DNA from: Octopus vulgaris
Lineage: Eukaryota
Assembly (NCBI GenBank): GCA_951406725.2
Contig: OX597830.1
Location: 41,044,001 to 41,108,000, forward strand
Direction: 5' to 3'
Length of the DNA stretch: 64,000 bases
Shown here: positions 23,956 to 38,329 of the stretch, one piece after another
Numbering within the stretch: position 1 is the first letter of the stretch
Layout: each line of letters starts with the position of its first letter
Program-made: the position numbers and the translations under genes
Notes under the pieces: generated by a model
What the model saw: the letters and a program-made list of their open reading frames with translations, nothing else
Databases searched by the model: none
What the model was told of the DNA's origin: nothing

Positions 23956-25954
23956 TATATTAACCAAAATATTAATAACTGAAAACTAAATGGAATTTTA
24001 CCTCTACATGTATATCAGTATTTCAATATACTTTGTTTGCACTGCTTAAGAATTACAGAAATTGTGTTGCTGTATAATTATATACACAACTTATGTATTT
24101 CTATAGTTTGTTTATTTTCTGTGTACTTGATATTTTTTTATAACTTATATCTTGCCCAGTATACATATCCAAATAACTTTCTATGAAAAGAAGGAAAAAA
24201 AAATTGTTGGCATTTTTAGCTTCACAAGCTTCTGAGATATCAGGGTGGACACTGAAGCAAGCAATGAAGCAAATGAAATGGATGGAGACAGTGGCATCAA
24301 AGTGTTTAGAATTTGGATATGTTGAATGGATGGAACAATAGTATAGAGGTGCACAAAAACTGTTGATGGTGCAATGGATAAATCCATCCATTTCTTTATT
24401 GATGTTTGAATTCAATAGACTCCAGTTTTAGAGAGGGGAAACCTTAATAGCTAATGCTGTGTTGAAACACCATGAAATAAACCTCATATTTCTCTCCTCT
24501 GGAACTCTTGCGCAGCAGCCTTAGATAAAAATAAAATAAATAAATAAATAGATAAAACTTTTTTGGTGATAAATAAAGGCAAAAATATATTCCACCTGAA
24601 AAATGCTGAACAATGGATGGATGATAACCAAGTATCCATCTCTCAATTAACTGCTACCAAAAAATATTGATTAGCATATCAGTTTTGTAGAAGTGGAATA
24701 GTTGAGAGAATATGACACTGAAATACCAACTCATGGTGCAAGAATTTGTGAGCTCAAATCCACATTGCATTCTTCTGTTTGCATGACTTGCCAAAGAACA
24801 GGGGTACCAGAATGTGTAGAAATGTTACTTTTGATAGGTTGCCATCCTATCTTGATGGGAGATTTCTCTATAGAAACGGAAATTAAGCATAGCCTCAAAT
24901 AATTCTGTAAGTTTCTCAAAAGAATTTAACTATTAATCTCTGTTTTGAAATAAAATTCTAGTAAAAGTACATGTTTTATTGAAATAGGGAAATGGCCATG
25001 TGTATCAGATATTGTCCTATCAGTGTATGGTTAGTATATTAAGATATTACTGGAGGCATTTGAATGTCTTAGACATTTAATACTACATCATCTGTGGGGA
25101 ATAAGTGACATTCCTTTTCTAAGAAGACAGGTGTCTGTGTTAGTCTCGCACCCTGTGCAAGGTGGTGGGGTGGGGCTGGGGTGAGGTGGGAAATCTTTCA
25201 TCTGCCTAACGCTAGAATAGCAAAGGATTAAATTTAGCTAGCTATCTGCTAACAGGCATTAAGAAATGTATTCTGCTTTGTATAGCCATTTGAGTACTTC
25301 TCTCAGAAGTCTTAAATGATTGTTTCTAATTAGCTTGTTCTCTTGATTGATGTTATATCACATGCCAACAGTATTTGTAACCTTACTTCAATAACAAACT
25401 AATCAATAATTTCATCTGAACTATTTCCTTTTAACTAATTTATCAAGGTCACTTTTCTTCGGAACAGCTTTTAGTAATCCATCTAATAGGCTTATACACC
25501 AATCCCTCTTTTATTTGCATTCGTAATATTTTCTTTTTCGCATTTGAATGTAAAACTGCAAGAATTAAAACTACATCTTCTAAATAAGAATCATATAATT
25601 CTTAATTGTCTACTTTCTTCAGTCACAGCCATAGTTTTAGTTCAGAGAAGATATTTCTATGTTGATTGAGTTAGTAGAAATAATAGAGTTGTGTCAAGAT
25701 GCTTTCCCGTATTGTGCTTGTTGTCTGCTCTTTTTTAAGTTCAAATCCCACCACTTTTTATCCTATAATGATCAATAACATGAATACAAAAAAAAAGCAA
25801 AAACAAGCAAAAAAACACACCAAAAAAGCAAAAACAATTCCTCCCTCCTACTAATTTAATTATAACCCTTCTGAAGGAAAATTGATGTACTTATTTTATC
25901 TTTAATTTTGTTGTCAGTATTAAAGAATTACTAGAATATTATAGTTTAAGACCC

Positions 25955-26196
25955 ATCAAGCTAAGTGAAATTGTAGTCATGGCTGATGCCACTGTCACGT
26001 AACTGGCACCCATGCCAGTGGTATGTAAAAAGCACCTACTACACTCTTAGAATGGTTGGTATTAAGAAGGGCATCCAGCTATAGAAACCATGACAAATCA
26101 GATTGGAACCTGGTGCAGCTCTCCCGCTTACCATTTTCAGTCAAACCATCCAACCCATGCCAGCATGGAAAGCAGATGCTAAATGATGATGATGAC
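25955..26196 (+). mobile_element. Degenerate retroposon family D
   Basis: GAAGGGCATCCAGCT...CCAACCCATGCCAGCATGGAAAGC then (GAT)n. Further old copies lie at ~15195-15372 (-), ~57310-57535 (+) and 6195-6588 (+, split). Confidence 0.7.
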
Positions 26197-27177
26197 TTCT
26201 GTCCATTGGCAAACCTGCTCAACCTGCTTTGATCTACCTTCAAGTCATATTTTAAGCTTAAGTTATAAACTTGGAAATAGCAATTTGGACCATAAAATTA
26301 CTTTCTCCAATAATCAATGCTAATGTGCCTATGCTACAGTATTACTAAGGTGAAAAAAAATTCCAATTTACTTTGAAGTACCTGTATATAGCTCTTGGGC
26401 CTTTCAGAGGTAAGCATCTTGATGTGAAAGATATGATGTTACTGTTAATGCAGTATGAATTGCTTATCCTTTGACCCCAGTGAAACCAACAACCTATTGA
26501 TTCAAGTTGTTTTGAATTCTGAATGTTAGTATAAGTAGAATACAATTTGAATGGCAGATACTTCAGTCATTGACACTTTGAGATCCACTGTAGAATAGAA
26601 TTCTTTTCTCTGAATTAGACTAATCTTTCTGCTTTTTACCATTTATTTTATGTCTGTTAATGTGGTACATTAATCATCTCCCTAAATCCATATCCCTGCT
26701 TCATTCTGCATATTCCATTTTGATCATCTTCTAAAAGGTACCAATCGCTAACTGACTCATATTTGTCATATTCAAGACCAATAGTCACAGAATGAACTAG
26801 TAGATATGATATTTGACTGTCAGCTCTAAGGGTTTCAAGTTCAAATTCACTGTTGGTGTTTTTAAGCACATTTAATTCTTCATTGCTTTAGTTCCCTTGA
26901 GCTGTCAGAAAAAGTATCAGATCATCTAGAAATGTTACTTGAGATAGATTGAGAGCCTCTCCTGCTAGTGGAAATTTATGTCTCATTCTTTTAATGTTAT
27001 GAAACTAAAATTAATCATTGGTTCTTTGATGTCTATCTGTGCTGAGGTGATGTCATTTTTTTCTATTAATTTTTTCTACTATGAAAGCAACTGAAGTGAC
27101 ATTATTTTAATGTTTGCTGTGAAAGGATTGGCCAACTTGGTAATTACAGACTACATTCTTTCCGGTTTCTTGCTTAA

Positions 27178-27372
27178 AGGCAGCGAGCTGACAGAATTGC
27201 TTGTACATTGTACGAAATACTTAGTGGTATTTTTTCCAACTCTTTAAGTTCTCAGTTCAAATTCTGCCATGGTCAACTTTGCCTTTCATCCTTTTGGGAT
27301 GGATAATATAAGTACCAGTTGAGTACTGGGGATCCCTCACTAATTGCTGGCCTTGTGCCAAAATTTGAAACA
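27178..27372 (+). mobile_element. SINE family A
   Basis: Head, B-box, core and CCTTGTGCCAAAATTTGAAA tail. Confidence 0.75.
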
Positions 27373-28354
27373 ATTATTTTGATATTGGTTTCTCTTGTCT
27401 ATTTTTATTTATTTGCTTTCATTTTGGAATCAGCTCAATGGGTCTGGCTCTGATTTTGAAAATTTCAGCAGTGAAACTAAACTCATGAATATTTGCTTTA
27501 AACCATCAATACATCCCACCCTTCATTTATCTCCTCCTTGTATACTCCTTTATTAACTTTTTTGATCCAGCATATGTCCTTGTTTAATGCTTTAAACATC
27601 AATACTACTGCTGTCAGTTTTTACAACATTGACCAGTGTGTCAAATACTGGCATTGTTAGCTCACTTTTTCTCTTCTAGTCCTTTGTCCTTTGCTTCATT
27701 GCACTTTTGTTTCTGTACACTATCACATCCACTTAAGTAGATTTGTCTAATTTTTGTATGGTCATTTTAGAAGGTTGTTTTTTAGACTATTGTTAAAGCA
27801 GGCTGTGTTTCCACAGAATTCTATCCACTTTATAGTGAACTAAGAGTTGATATTTTGATTTGGGTTTTTTGTTTTTTTGTCCTTCAGTTTAAAAATTTAA
27901 GTTGATATAACAGATGTCTTCTAAAACTTAAAATTTAGAAGTGCAAGTCAAATTGAAAACATTCTGTAAACTGAAATTCAAATTTAACACTGATCAATAT
28001 ATTCAAAAGTAAAAAAAAATTGGAAAAAAGATGAAATTTAGATTTGAATTGATAGGAAAATTTATGTTTTTATTGAATTTCAATACGAGTTAAAATTTCA
28101 ATTTTAGCTTAATTTATATTTAAAATTTTTTTTTGTATCCTTTGTTCTGATTTCATTTCATGAAAACATATTGACCTTAGCAATTTGCAAATTTCAAACC
28201 AAAGAAGGAAAATAAGAAAAAAAAAGTGATAAAAAGAAATTTTAATTTTCATTCTTGCTAGAAACAAACAAAGGAAAAGAAAGATATAACAAAACAAACT
28301 TTTGAGGTGACTAAATGTCTGATGGAATTACAATGAACTAATATTCATGTTGTG

Positions 28355-28539
28355 GACATATGCATATGTGTGTGTGTGTGTGTGTGTGTGTATTCATGCA
28401 CACACATTCACACACATGCACATATATGTACACACACACACCCTCACATACTTGCATAGATACACACATATATATACATTTATATATATACATGCACATA
28501 CATATATATGTACATATATATATATATTCATACATACAC

Positions 28540-28626
<87 letters not shown>

Positions 28627-28695
28627 CACACACACATACATACATGTATATATATATATATCTATATATATATATATATATATACATATATGACA

Positions 28696-28749
<54 letters not shown>

Positions 28750-28750
28750 A
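28355..28750. repeat. Compound (TG)/(CA)/(TA) microsatellite
   Basis: Seen directly. Similar blocks at 4670-5020, 8090-8400, 22546-22651 ((TA)n(GA)n), 40020-40091 ((CT)n) and 55200-55290. Confidence 0.95.
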
Positions 28751-30921
28751 TGGAGAAATTGTACAAAATGTATAAATGAATGATAGTTAAGCACTGGCAC
28801 ACTCACACATATAAACACACATATATATTCATATACATATGCGCACATATAATAGACTTGTTTCGTTTTTATGTTTGTGTGTGTGTATATATATATATAT
28901 ATACACACACAACACACATAACTGAGCACTTGTGAATATATATGAATTCATATTAATGAAGTGTGTGTGTATACACACACACACTCACACACCTATATGA
29001 AACTGAAAGAAGGAAAACAATCGTTTTTAGTGATAGAAAAATATATAAAAAAAAAAGAAGTAGTGAATATAGTTTGTTGAATGAATATTGGCAATTTATG
29101 GAAACTGATTAATTTTGATTGATGAAGTAATCATTAGCATGTATGTCTGTTTTAGATGTTAATAGAGTGAACAAATAAGATATGCTGGTAAGAACATTGT
29201 TAATGCTTTAGTAGACTAAGGAAAAAGCTTCTGTGAAATAATTAAGAGTGACAGGAATACTTGGACAGAAGGAGAATGTTTAAATAGAGGACAGTATGAA
29301 GAGAATTAGTTGAAGCACAAACAGCTAGCATTGGAAAACAGATGTAAAATTATTGATGATGTTGACAACAATGGGCATTTCTACAAGAGCGTTTGTTTTT
29401 AAAACATTGCCTTGGAGACCCTGCATAATACCAGATTGTTTCTTTAAAAATGATCAAACATCTAAGTTTTATTGATTATGTGTCAGATTTATTTAATTTT
29501 TGTCTTTCGTTGAATATTTTAGTTCTGTTTTATTTTGCTTTATTTCATATCATTTTTTTTTTTTTTTTGGTTCCCCTTTCCCTCAATCTTAATGTAATAG
29601 AAAAATTTGAAAATTGCATTGCCTGCATCAAAATTTCTAATTACTTTTGTAAAGTGAATTTACAACTTCTAATTTTGGTAACATCTGCAGCTGCTGACAC
29701 ATTAAATTGCAGGTATTATATTCTTGGATTGGTCAAGTGGTTGTATATGTGTAAAATTCCTTTCATAGCATTATTCAGATGCTAACATGTACTATTATTG
29801 ACTTTTGAAAAAATATAATATCTTATTATATTCAGTTTTGTTTTCCTGGCAGCATTTTTGCTCAGTTTGACAAAAATCCTATATAAACCAATCTGAGAGT
29901 TGATTCCTTGTTAACTACTTTTTCCTTTTTCTTGTTTTTTATTTTTACTTTCCTTTTTGTTTAAGTGCCAAGTTTCTGTGCATTTCCTTTTAATGTAGCC
30001 AACCAATTGCTTGGAATATCTCAGAGTGATAAATTAACAAAGATGAGTTTAAAATCATCGGTAGCATTTTCTTTTTCGTTTCAAAGTGATCTTAATTGGC
30101 CTTCAGCTGTCTGATATTCTGGCACAACAGTCTCTTTAGTTTCTACAGAGATTTGATTAGATATTGGTTTCCAAAATAATCTTGCTTCTTCAACAATAAA
30201 ATGCTGTTATGGAACGGTACCTCCTACTGCATCAATAAAATCCTTTAAAATTCTTCATGAATAAAAATAATTTTTTTCTTTATATTTTTTCTTTTTTTTT
30301 TTTTGCATATTTGTTTAAGTGTGCATGTATAAATATATGTGTGCAGTTGTAAAATGTTATGATAATTTATTTGAAGTGTATTCATTTATATTCCTGTATT
30401 TGAATTACAGATAATATTACACATATTACTAACCCACTCTATTAGAAAACAAGTATTATTTCTACTTTCAGTCTTTTTTTCTGTTATTTTCTTGTTGGTT
30501 TTCTCTTATTTATTTATTTATTTATTTATTTATCTATCTATTTATTTATTGGTTGTTTAATTTTTATTTTGGAATCCTGACAAGCTAAATATATATGAAT
30601 AGTTTGTACAGTTCTTTGTTAGGAAAATTTTTAATTAAATAATTATCTCTGAAAATTGAATGGCCAGATTATGGTTACGTTGCTCAGTATTTGCTTTATC
30701 ATAAGAAGAGATCAGAACATTGTTTAGAAGCAAGCTATTTTATTTCTTATTTTTGTATTTGAAAATTTTATCTGTGTGTGTATGTGTGTGTGTGTGTTAA
30801 CGTGTATGTGAGATAACATTTCAAATAGAAATGTATTTAAATAAATATGCTTTCTTATATTTCTTTTCAATTTTCATTGTGAATATTTCACAATTATACA
30901 TACATACATACATGCAGGTAC

Positions 30922-30960
<39 letters not shown>

Positions 30961-32194
30961 ATTTCTTCGATGCTACCCACTTTTCTCTTTCAAACATATG
31001 GAGTTTCAAGCTGTATGTATGTTCTTGTGATTTGATTTATTTTCACTTCCCAAGACATTTTAACTTTCTTTTCAGCTGACCCCATCACCATTATTCTAAT
31101 TGTAAAACTATGCATTAATTACTGACAATGATTTTGGTGTTGTTTTGATTTAGGAGTGGTGGGTGGTGATGGTGGTGGTGGTGATGATAGCTTCATATGC
31201 TAATGTTCTGAATTTATGTAGATCTCAATACACAGATCAACTCAAATCCCAGCTGAAGAAAATTTCCATAGTTTTCACTGTACACATAGCAAGCAATGAT
31301 TTTAATATATATTTAATTGTGCAGAGAGTGATATCTTGATGTCAGTGTCAGCACAATATACCTTAGCTTATGAAATTTGTGGGGATATTGTCATATCCAA
31401 TTTTTTCTCATACTGGCATGGGTTACCCAACTTTATATAGCAAAACACATTTGTCGTTCTTCACAATTAAGCAACCGCCTATATGTGGCACTGAATACTC
31501 TCAGCTCATGCTGCATTCACTTCTTCCCATGTCTTTGGTCTTTCTGCTGATTAGTGGTAACTTTTTATGGAAGTGGTTGTTATTCATATAAGTCACATAT
31601 CTGCATATTGGTGTATAGAAAACAGAGAAGGGTGGCTGCATTGATATGGACATACGGCTGTGAAAGATAATAAATGATGAGAAGAATATATGCAAAAAAA
31701 GAAAACTTATAATTAATTACATTTGTCAGATCTTCAATGTTAAGGTTGCTCTTTGAAATGACATGGGATAATGAAATATGGAATCTAAAGTAGACAAGAG
31801 ACGAGCTATTCTGACATCTGCTAGAATGAAATTCAAAAACAGTTCTGAAACTACTGTTTTTTTTGGCCTTTTTTTTGTCTTTTTTTTTCTACTTGTGATT
31901 TCTTGCAGTGGTACAAATCACAGATGGTTAAGAGAAAAGATAACAATTAATTGAATCTGCTCTTGTACTTGACTAGTTTATTTACTATATCAACCTCTGT
32001 TTGGAATAACAGGTAAAGCCTTCATTTGTACGGTTTGAATTCAGAACATTGAGAAATGAGACTACACACTACTTCTGATGATGGCGATGATTTTCCTTCA
32101 GAATCTTTAATTTAGTTTTTGCATATAACAAAGAAATTATTCAGACAAGGCAGAGAGTATTTCTTTGCATTTTAACTGATTATTTGAGTTGCTG

Positions 32195-32500
32195 TGTGAA
32201 GGCACATGGCTCAGTGGTTAGAGCAGCAGGCTTAGAATTGTGAGACTGTGAGTTTGATTCCTGGATGGACCAGGCTGTGTGTTGTGTTCTTGAGCAAGAC
32301 ACTTTATTTCACACATGTTCTATTTCACTCAGCTGTAGAAATGGCTTGTGATGTCACTGGTGCCAAGCTATAGTGGTATGCATGAGTGATTGCTGGTATT
32401 CCACAAACAATGTTGCCCAGACTTGTGCCTCAGAGAGGAACTTTCTTGGGTAATCCTATGGTCATTCTTGACCAAAGTGGAGGGGGGGTGTCTTTGTTTT
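32195..32500 (+). mobile_element. SINE family B
   Basis: Same head and tail type as the 6600 copy. Confidence 0.8.
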
Positions 32501-33121
32501 ACAAGACTATCTGGCTTTGTGTTATTGTTGCTGTTGTGTATTCTGATCAATAATACTGATTGAACAAAGAGAACAGTGTGTTTCAATATGGTGACTGAAC
32601 ATACAATTTCAATGACTTTGGGGATTCATTTTGCCCTTGGATGCTCAAATTTGGTTTCATTTTGAGTACTTTTGTTTCATGGCAGATGCAACCTGCGTGC
32701 AACAATGAGATGAGGTGAAGTTTCACTATTTTCTATAATTTGTTGTATTTTGTTGAGGAAAAGTTGAGCAAAAAGCAGGATTGGTATACAAGACAACATA
32801 CTTTATAGTGTAAACATTCAAACAGTGTCACTATCTTTCCAAATCCTACAACTTTTTTCCTCCAAAGTCTTCTTGGTGTATAAATCAATCTACCTTTTTT
32901 TTACTGTAAATTTTGGCCTGAAAAATTTGATTTGTATACCAGAAAATATGGAAGTCTTTGATATTTTAATATATGTTTATACTATATATTATTGTTGTTT
33001 CTTTGTTTTGGTCACATGTGGTGTATATTAATACTTTTACTAGTAATTGGGCTTTGTTATACTTTCTGTATATGTCTAGTATGTGTGGTGTGGATGGTGT
33101 AGTGTTGTTGTTAATTACTAA

Positions 33122-33472
33122 AAGGGTAAAGATCGCTTTCCTTTGACCATGAATGGCCATGGGATTGCACCTAGAAAGTTCCCCTCCAATGCACAAATCT
33201 GGGCAAGGTTGTTTATGGAAGACCAACAGTCACACATGCATATCAGTCCCTCTCCCCACTCCACACCACTAATGTTATCCAAGGGAATGGCAAAGGTTGA
33301 TATAGCTTGGCACCAGTGACATTGCAACCCATTTCTACAGCTAAGTGAACTGGAGTGACATGAAATAAAGTGTCTTGCTCAAGAACACAACACAGAGCCT
33401 AGTCCGCGAATTGAACTCACTGCCTCGTGATTGTGAGCCTGATGCTCTAACGACTGAGCCATGCACCTTCAC
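33122..33472 (-). mobile_element. SINE family B
   Basis: Full reverse-complement copy. A tail-only copy also lies at ~42875-43030. Confidence 0.8.
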
Positions 33473-34399
33473 TGTTGATTCCTAGTGTTTTTGTTTTTAG
33501 TGTTTATGTGATATGTTTAGCTGTATTTAATCTCCTTTGGTGTTGCTGGTAAGAAAGGAGATGGTGAATTTCATAGGTGTTTCTGGTAGCCTATTTGATT
33601 AGAATCTGGTTTCTAATGTTGAAACAGTTGTGCAGCAGTGTCTCCTGCCTGATGAATAGTGAAAGAAGGCAACTATGAAGTCATGTATATATATAAGGTT
33701 CTGCATGTATGGCTTTTTTGTTCCATTTTTTAATATTTTATTTATTTAATTTTTGAGGACATAGAAAGGTCATATAGATGATACAAGTTAAAAAGAGTGA
33801 CTAAGAGGATGAATTCTTTCAGTACTTTTCAATTAAGGAAATTACAGATTCTAGATATGTTGTTATTATACTCTATATATAGGCTTGGTGACCTAAGGAG
33901 AGGGTTTGACAGTCAACCTTTTGTGTTATTTTTTTAAGGAGGCGTTTAATATTTTGTTTATCAGTCGGTAGTGGAGAATGAACGCAATAGCATTGCTGAC
34001 ACTGATGGCACTTGGAATGGTATAAGTTGTGGGTGGGTGTCTTTCATTGTTGAAAACGCCACGTATTATTTTTTTGTGAGAACAGTATAACAATGGTTAT
34101 ATGTAGGGTGGAGTTCTGGACCATGCACCTTTCTCTTTGTTTTTATTATACTTTTTTTTTTTAAACAAAAAATGTCATTGGATTTTTATGCTTTAAACAT
34201 CAGAGATTCAGAATATGCCAAAAAAATGGGGGGAAATTTTTTTCTCATAAAAAAACCCCCATCTTTCAGAGAACTTTTTTTTTAATGACATTTCAAAATG
34301 GCTACTCTCTGAGTGGAAATATTGATTAATTTAGCACCTAATGCGGTTGTGCAGTTTTATTTTTTTGAACAAGTGAAGCACATTATTGCCAGTGAGAAA

Positions 34400-34453
<54 letters not shown>

Positions 34454-34538
34454 ACGCGCGCACATGGTCATAACATGTAATTTCAGCAATCTCAAAGGTA
34501 TCTCCATGTTATTGGGAGATGTTCAAAATTCAAAAGAG

Positions 34539-34574
<36 letters not shown>

Positions 34575-35056
34575 ACGCACCAAGCAACACATTTCTTGAA
34601 AAATCTAAATTGACAATATCTGTTACATTTCAAATACTATTATAGACTTTCTATGTGAAATCTCAGTGACCTGCTTAAGGTCAATGACTGATATTAATAC
34701 TGAAGTAGCTACTCCCTGATATCAATACTCTCACAATATTCCATAATCATCATCATCATCATTATTTTAACATCCACCATTCCATGCTTGCATGGGTTGG
34801 ATGGAATTTGTCGAGGCAGATATTCTACAGCCAGATGCTCTTCCTGTCATCAACCCTCCCGTGTTTCCAAATAAGGTATTCTTTCCAAACATGACTTGAT
34901 ATGTTTTTATGGAAGATTAGAAATGGAAATCCCTTGCATGAAAGTGATGCTTGTTTGTGACTATCACATGAATTAAAAGCAAAGCAAGAAGACCGTACCA
35001 TATCACATGCACATGCTTATCTATCTGTGTCATCTATCCATCTATCCATCTCTCTC

Positions 35057-35109
<53 letters not shown>

Positions 35110-35206
35110 TTCTGGGTGTGTTTTAACCCTTTAGTGTTCAGATTACTCTATCATATGTAATGCTTATTTATTCACATTGTTTTGGATTAATCATGCATTA
35201 TTTTAA

Positions 35207-35487
35207 GTTTGTACTTACTCTATTGGGCTTTTTCGCTGAACTGCTAAGTTCCAGGGATGTAAACAAACCAAAACCAGTTGTCAAGTGGTGATGGTGGGAC
35301 AAACACAAAGACACACACACACACACGCAACAGGCTTCTTTCAGTTTCTGTCTTCCAAATTCACTTACAAGGTTTTGGTCATCCTGAGGCTATAGCAGAA
35401 GACATTTGCCCAAGGTGCCATGCAGTGGGACTGAACCCAGAACCATGTGGTTGGGAAGCAAACTTCTTATCACTCAGCCATGCCTTT
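35207..35487 (-). mobile_element. SINE family C, 3'-truncated
   Basis: TTGCCCAAGGTGCCATGCAGTGGGACTGAACCCAGAACC. Confidence 0.8.
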
Positions 35488-35592
35488 ATGAAAGTTCATG
35501 AAATGTATTTGAACCATCAAATAATACCATCAGCATACCTTTGAGGTGGTTGTAATAACATATTTTGACTACATACACACACACAACACACG

Positions 35593-35634
<42 letters not shown>

Positions 35635-36795
35635 ACACACACCTTGTCATTAGCAATAATGTGGTCGACATGTAAAAACCACACAACAGTGCCAGGTGCT
35701 AAATTCCACATTGTCAGTTGGAAAGTGGAATGCATGGTTTGAGGATAACAAAGGTAAAATTTTCTAGAATGTCTGTGTATGCACATAACAGGATGATGGG
35801 ACTGTGAAATGCTGCTTTTGTGGGGTTTCTGATGAGCTTTAAAATTCTTATAATTATTGTCTAATTTCCAGATTCTGTGGATTTGTCAGTGTTGGTGTTA
35901 ATAATCAGCAAAGCCCATTTCATCTCCAGAGTTATTATGGTGTAAATTGAACTCAGCACTGCAAGCTAATGAATCACTTTATCAAATATTCAGTGATTTT
36001 TTCATTATTCATTTTGTGTAGCTGAACACTTATCCTTGAACCTTGAAATACCTATTTACTGACAGAGGAAGGCAGGAGAGTGTCTCAGTGCTCTGAGAGA
36101 TAACTATCTTGGTCATATACACAGCGCAAGCACTGATGACAATCTGATAGTGTTCTACTATCTTACTCATCAACCAATGAATGATCAGATGATACCCTAT
36201 TCAACCTGACCAGCTGCAACTCAGTGGTGACACTGTACATTAAAGTAATTTGTTAATATGCAGAATTCTCTTTGGTGTGGAGCATTTATCAAATATTTAG
36301 TTACATAGCTATAAGATATCTACAACTTAAATTAAGGATTGGTTAATTTAATAAGTATAATCTAATACTGTGTTCTGTCTGAGCTCATGTTATTTGAAAT
36401 CATTTCATTTGTCAGTTGTCACTTAAGCAATTTATAATAATTCTGGCAATGACCCAATTCTTTTCATAAAAATAGCCAGTATGAGATTTTCTTTTTTTCT
36501 TTTATCTCTTAAATTCGTTTTTTCTTTTAAAAATCCTTTTGATCTTTCAATTATTACAAAATGATGATTGAAAAATAGTAAAAGAATGATTTGTACTTTT
36601 ATTATTATTAATCATTTTTTTTTTTTTACTATCTGAGATATTTGCTTTGTCACTGTTTTATTGGATGGGTTGTATTGATCTGCAAATTTGAGCAATTACA
36701 TAATTTTTGTTTTTTTATTCTGGTCCTGATTGTAGTTCTGAATGTTTGCTCCCTTGTCAGTAATGATGATGAATCATGTGTTGGTTCACATAACG

Positions 36796-37008
36796 GGTTC
36801 AAATTTTGGCACAAGACCACCAATTTTAGAGATGGGGCTAAGTCGATTACATCGACCCCAGTACTCAGGTGGCACCTATTTTATTGGCTCTGAAAGGATG
36901 AGAGGCAAAGTCAACCTTGGTAGAATTTGAACTCAGAACATAATGATGGATGAAATACTACTAAGCATTTTGCCCAGCGTGCTAATGATTCTGCCAGCTT
37001 GCTGTCTC
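36796..37008 (-). mobile_element. SINE family A
   Basis: Reverse complement of head and core. Confidence 0.75.
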
Positions 37009-37064
<56 letters not shown>

Positions 37065-37119
37065 TAATAACAACAACAACAACAATAATAGTAATAATAA
37101 AGATGATGATGATGAGGTT

Positions 37120-37385
37120 TTATGAAGAGGCATTGTCACATTCAGACAACAATGTCTTCTTATTCGAAGGGTTTTTGCACAGAATTAACCAAGCATGAAG
37201 ATATGGAAATAGATGAAAATGGTACCAATTTGGTAGTAATTGGTGCATATGGGTTACTAAAAAAAGGAAGTAGTGATCACCAGTATGTCGAAAACAAGAA
37301 ATCTGGTAATCTCAAATATCATGGAATACAAAAGATTGCTTGTTCTTCGTGGCACTGCTCACATCCATCATAAAGCATTGTCTCA
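37120..37385 (+). mobile_element. R4/Dong-type (restriction-like endonuclease) non-LTR retrotransposon 3' relic
   Basis: Frameshifted translation VVIGAYGLLKKG...IQKIA..LRGTAHIHHKALS matches the C-terminal PVVIGALG...QK.ALLGTAHILR motif; adjacent to (AAT)n. Confidence 0.6.
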
Positions 37386-38329
37386 TTGATAACAAGATCA
37401 AAAGACATTATTCTGTTGGCTGTTTTACTGTTGATAGTTTTGTGTTTGTTTCTGTTTTGTTTTTATTTGTTTGTTACATACACAGTCTGAAATATTCTGG
37501 TCGTAACCCCTCCCAACCTGTGTCTTTATGTAATAATGTACTGTACTGTGCATGACAAAAAAAAATGAATAGCAAGTGATGTGTTTTCATTATGAGCTGA
37601 AAGGGGAATGATAAGGGGTGGGGTGGGGCGGGAGGAGACAATGCATTAAAACAACAACAATAAAAATAATAATTATTTCTTTGTTTGGCAATAAGGGCCC
37701 AGTCATACATACAATAGAAAAGAAAACAGACATACACGTTACTAATATGTAGGAATTGACAAACAAAGGCATATACAGATAAGGGGAGTGTCAGATGTTA
37801 CACAGGAGGCAATTGGATTTGATAAAAATGGTATAATTGCAAAAAAACAATCAAGCAGACAAAAAAAACAACAACAACAAGGAACAATGAGTGTAATCTA
37901 CCCACATGCAGGTGGGAACCCACCAGCTAGAGTAGGGTGTAACACCTTATAATATAAGCCTCCTGCCACTTTTTGCAATTTCTATTCCTGAAGATGCTCA
38001 CACATATTTTTGATGTCAGACAAAACAAGAAACCACCAACTGTTGCACATTAGTTGTTCATAGACTACTAGTGTGGTTATCATTAGTAGTCTATAATTTG
38101 GGTCTTCCATGAAATCAGAACCCATCTTCTTTCCATTACTTTCAGTTCATTTGATAGCGCTATCTTTTCTTCATTTGTTTTTGTAAAGAACTGTTGTGAA
38201 CTTCAATTTATTATCATGGAGATGGGTTCCTCCACATATTCTTTGCTCTTCTTTTCTCTGTTCATATGCTTTTACTTATATTGTAACTTGGTGCCTTAAA
38301 AAGGTGCCCATAAGCATTTTTGGGGTTGG

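Noticed and set aside
28338-28929. YI/HT/CV-repeat ORFs (also 4613-5110, 7998-8513, 17522-17866, 54888-55418)
   Set aside because: Dinucleotide and tetranucleotide microsatellite translations.
33642-33675. CTGATGA...GAAA as a third hammerhead
   Set aside because: No stem II pairing, no stem III and no NUH cleavage triplet.
38060-38094. 14-bp hairpin ATAGACTACTA...TAGTAGTCTAT
   Set aside because: The inverted repeat is real but short, single and without supporting context; terminator logic does not apply here.
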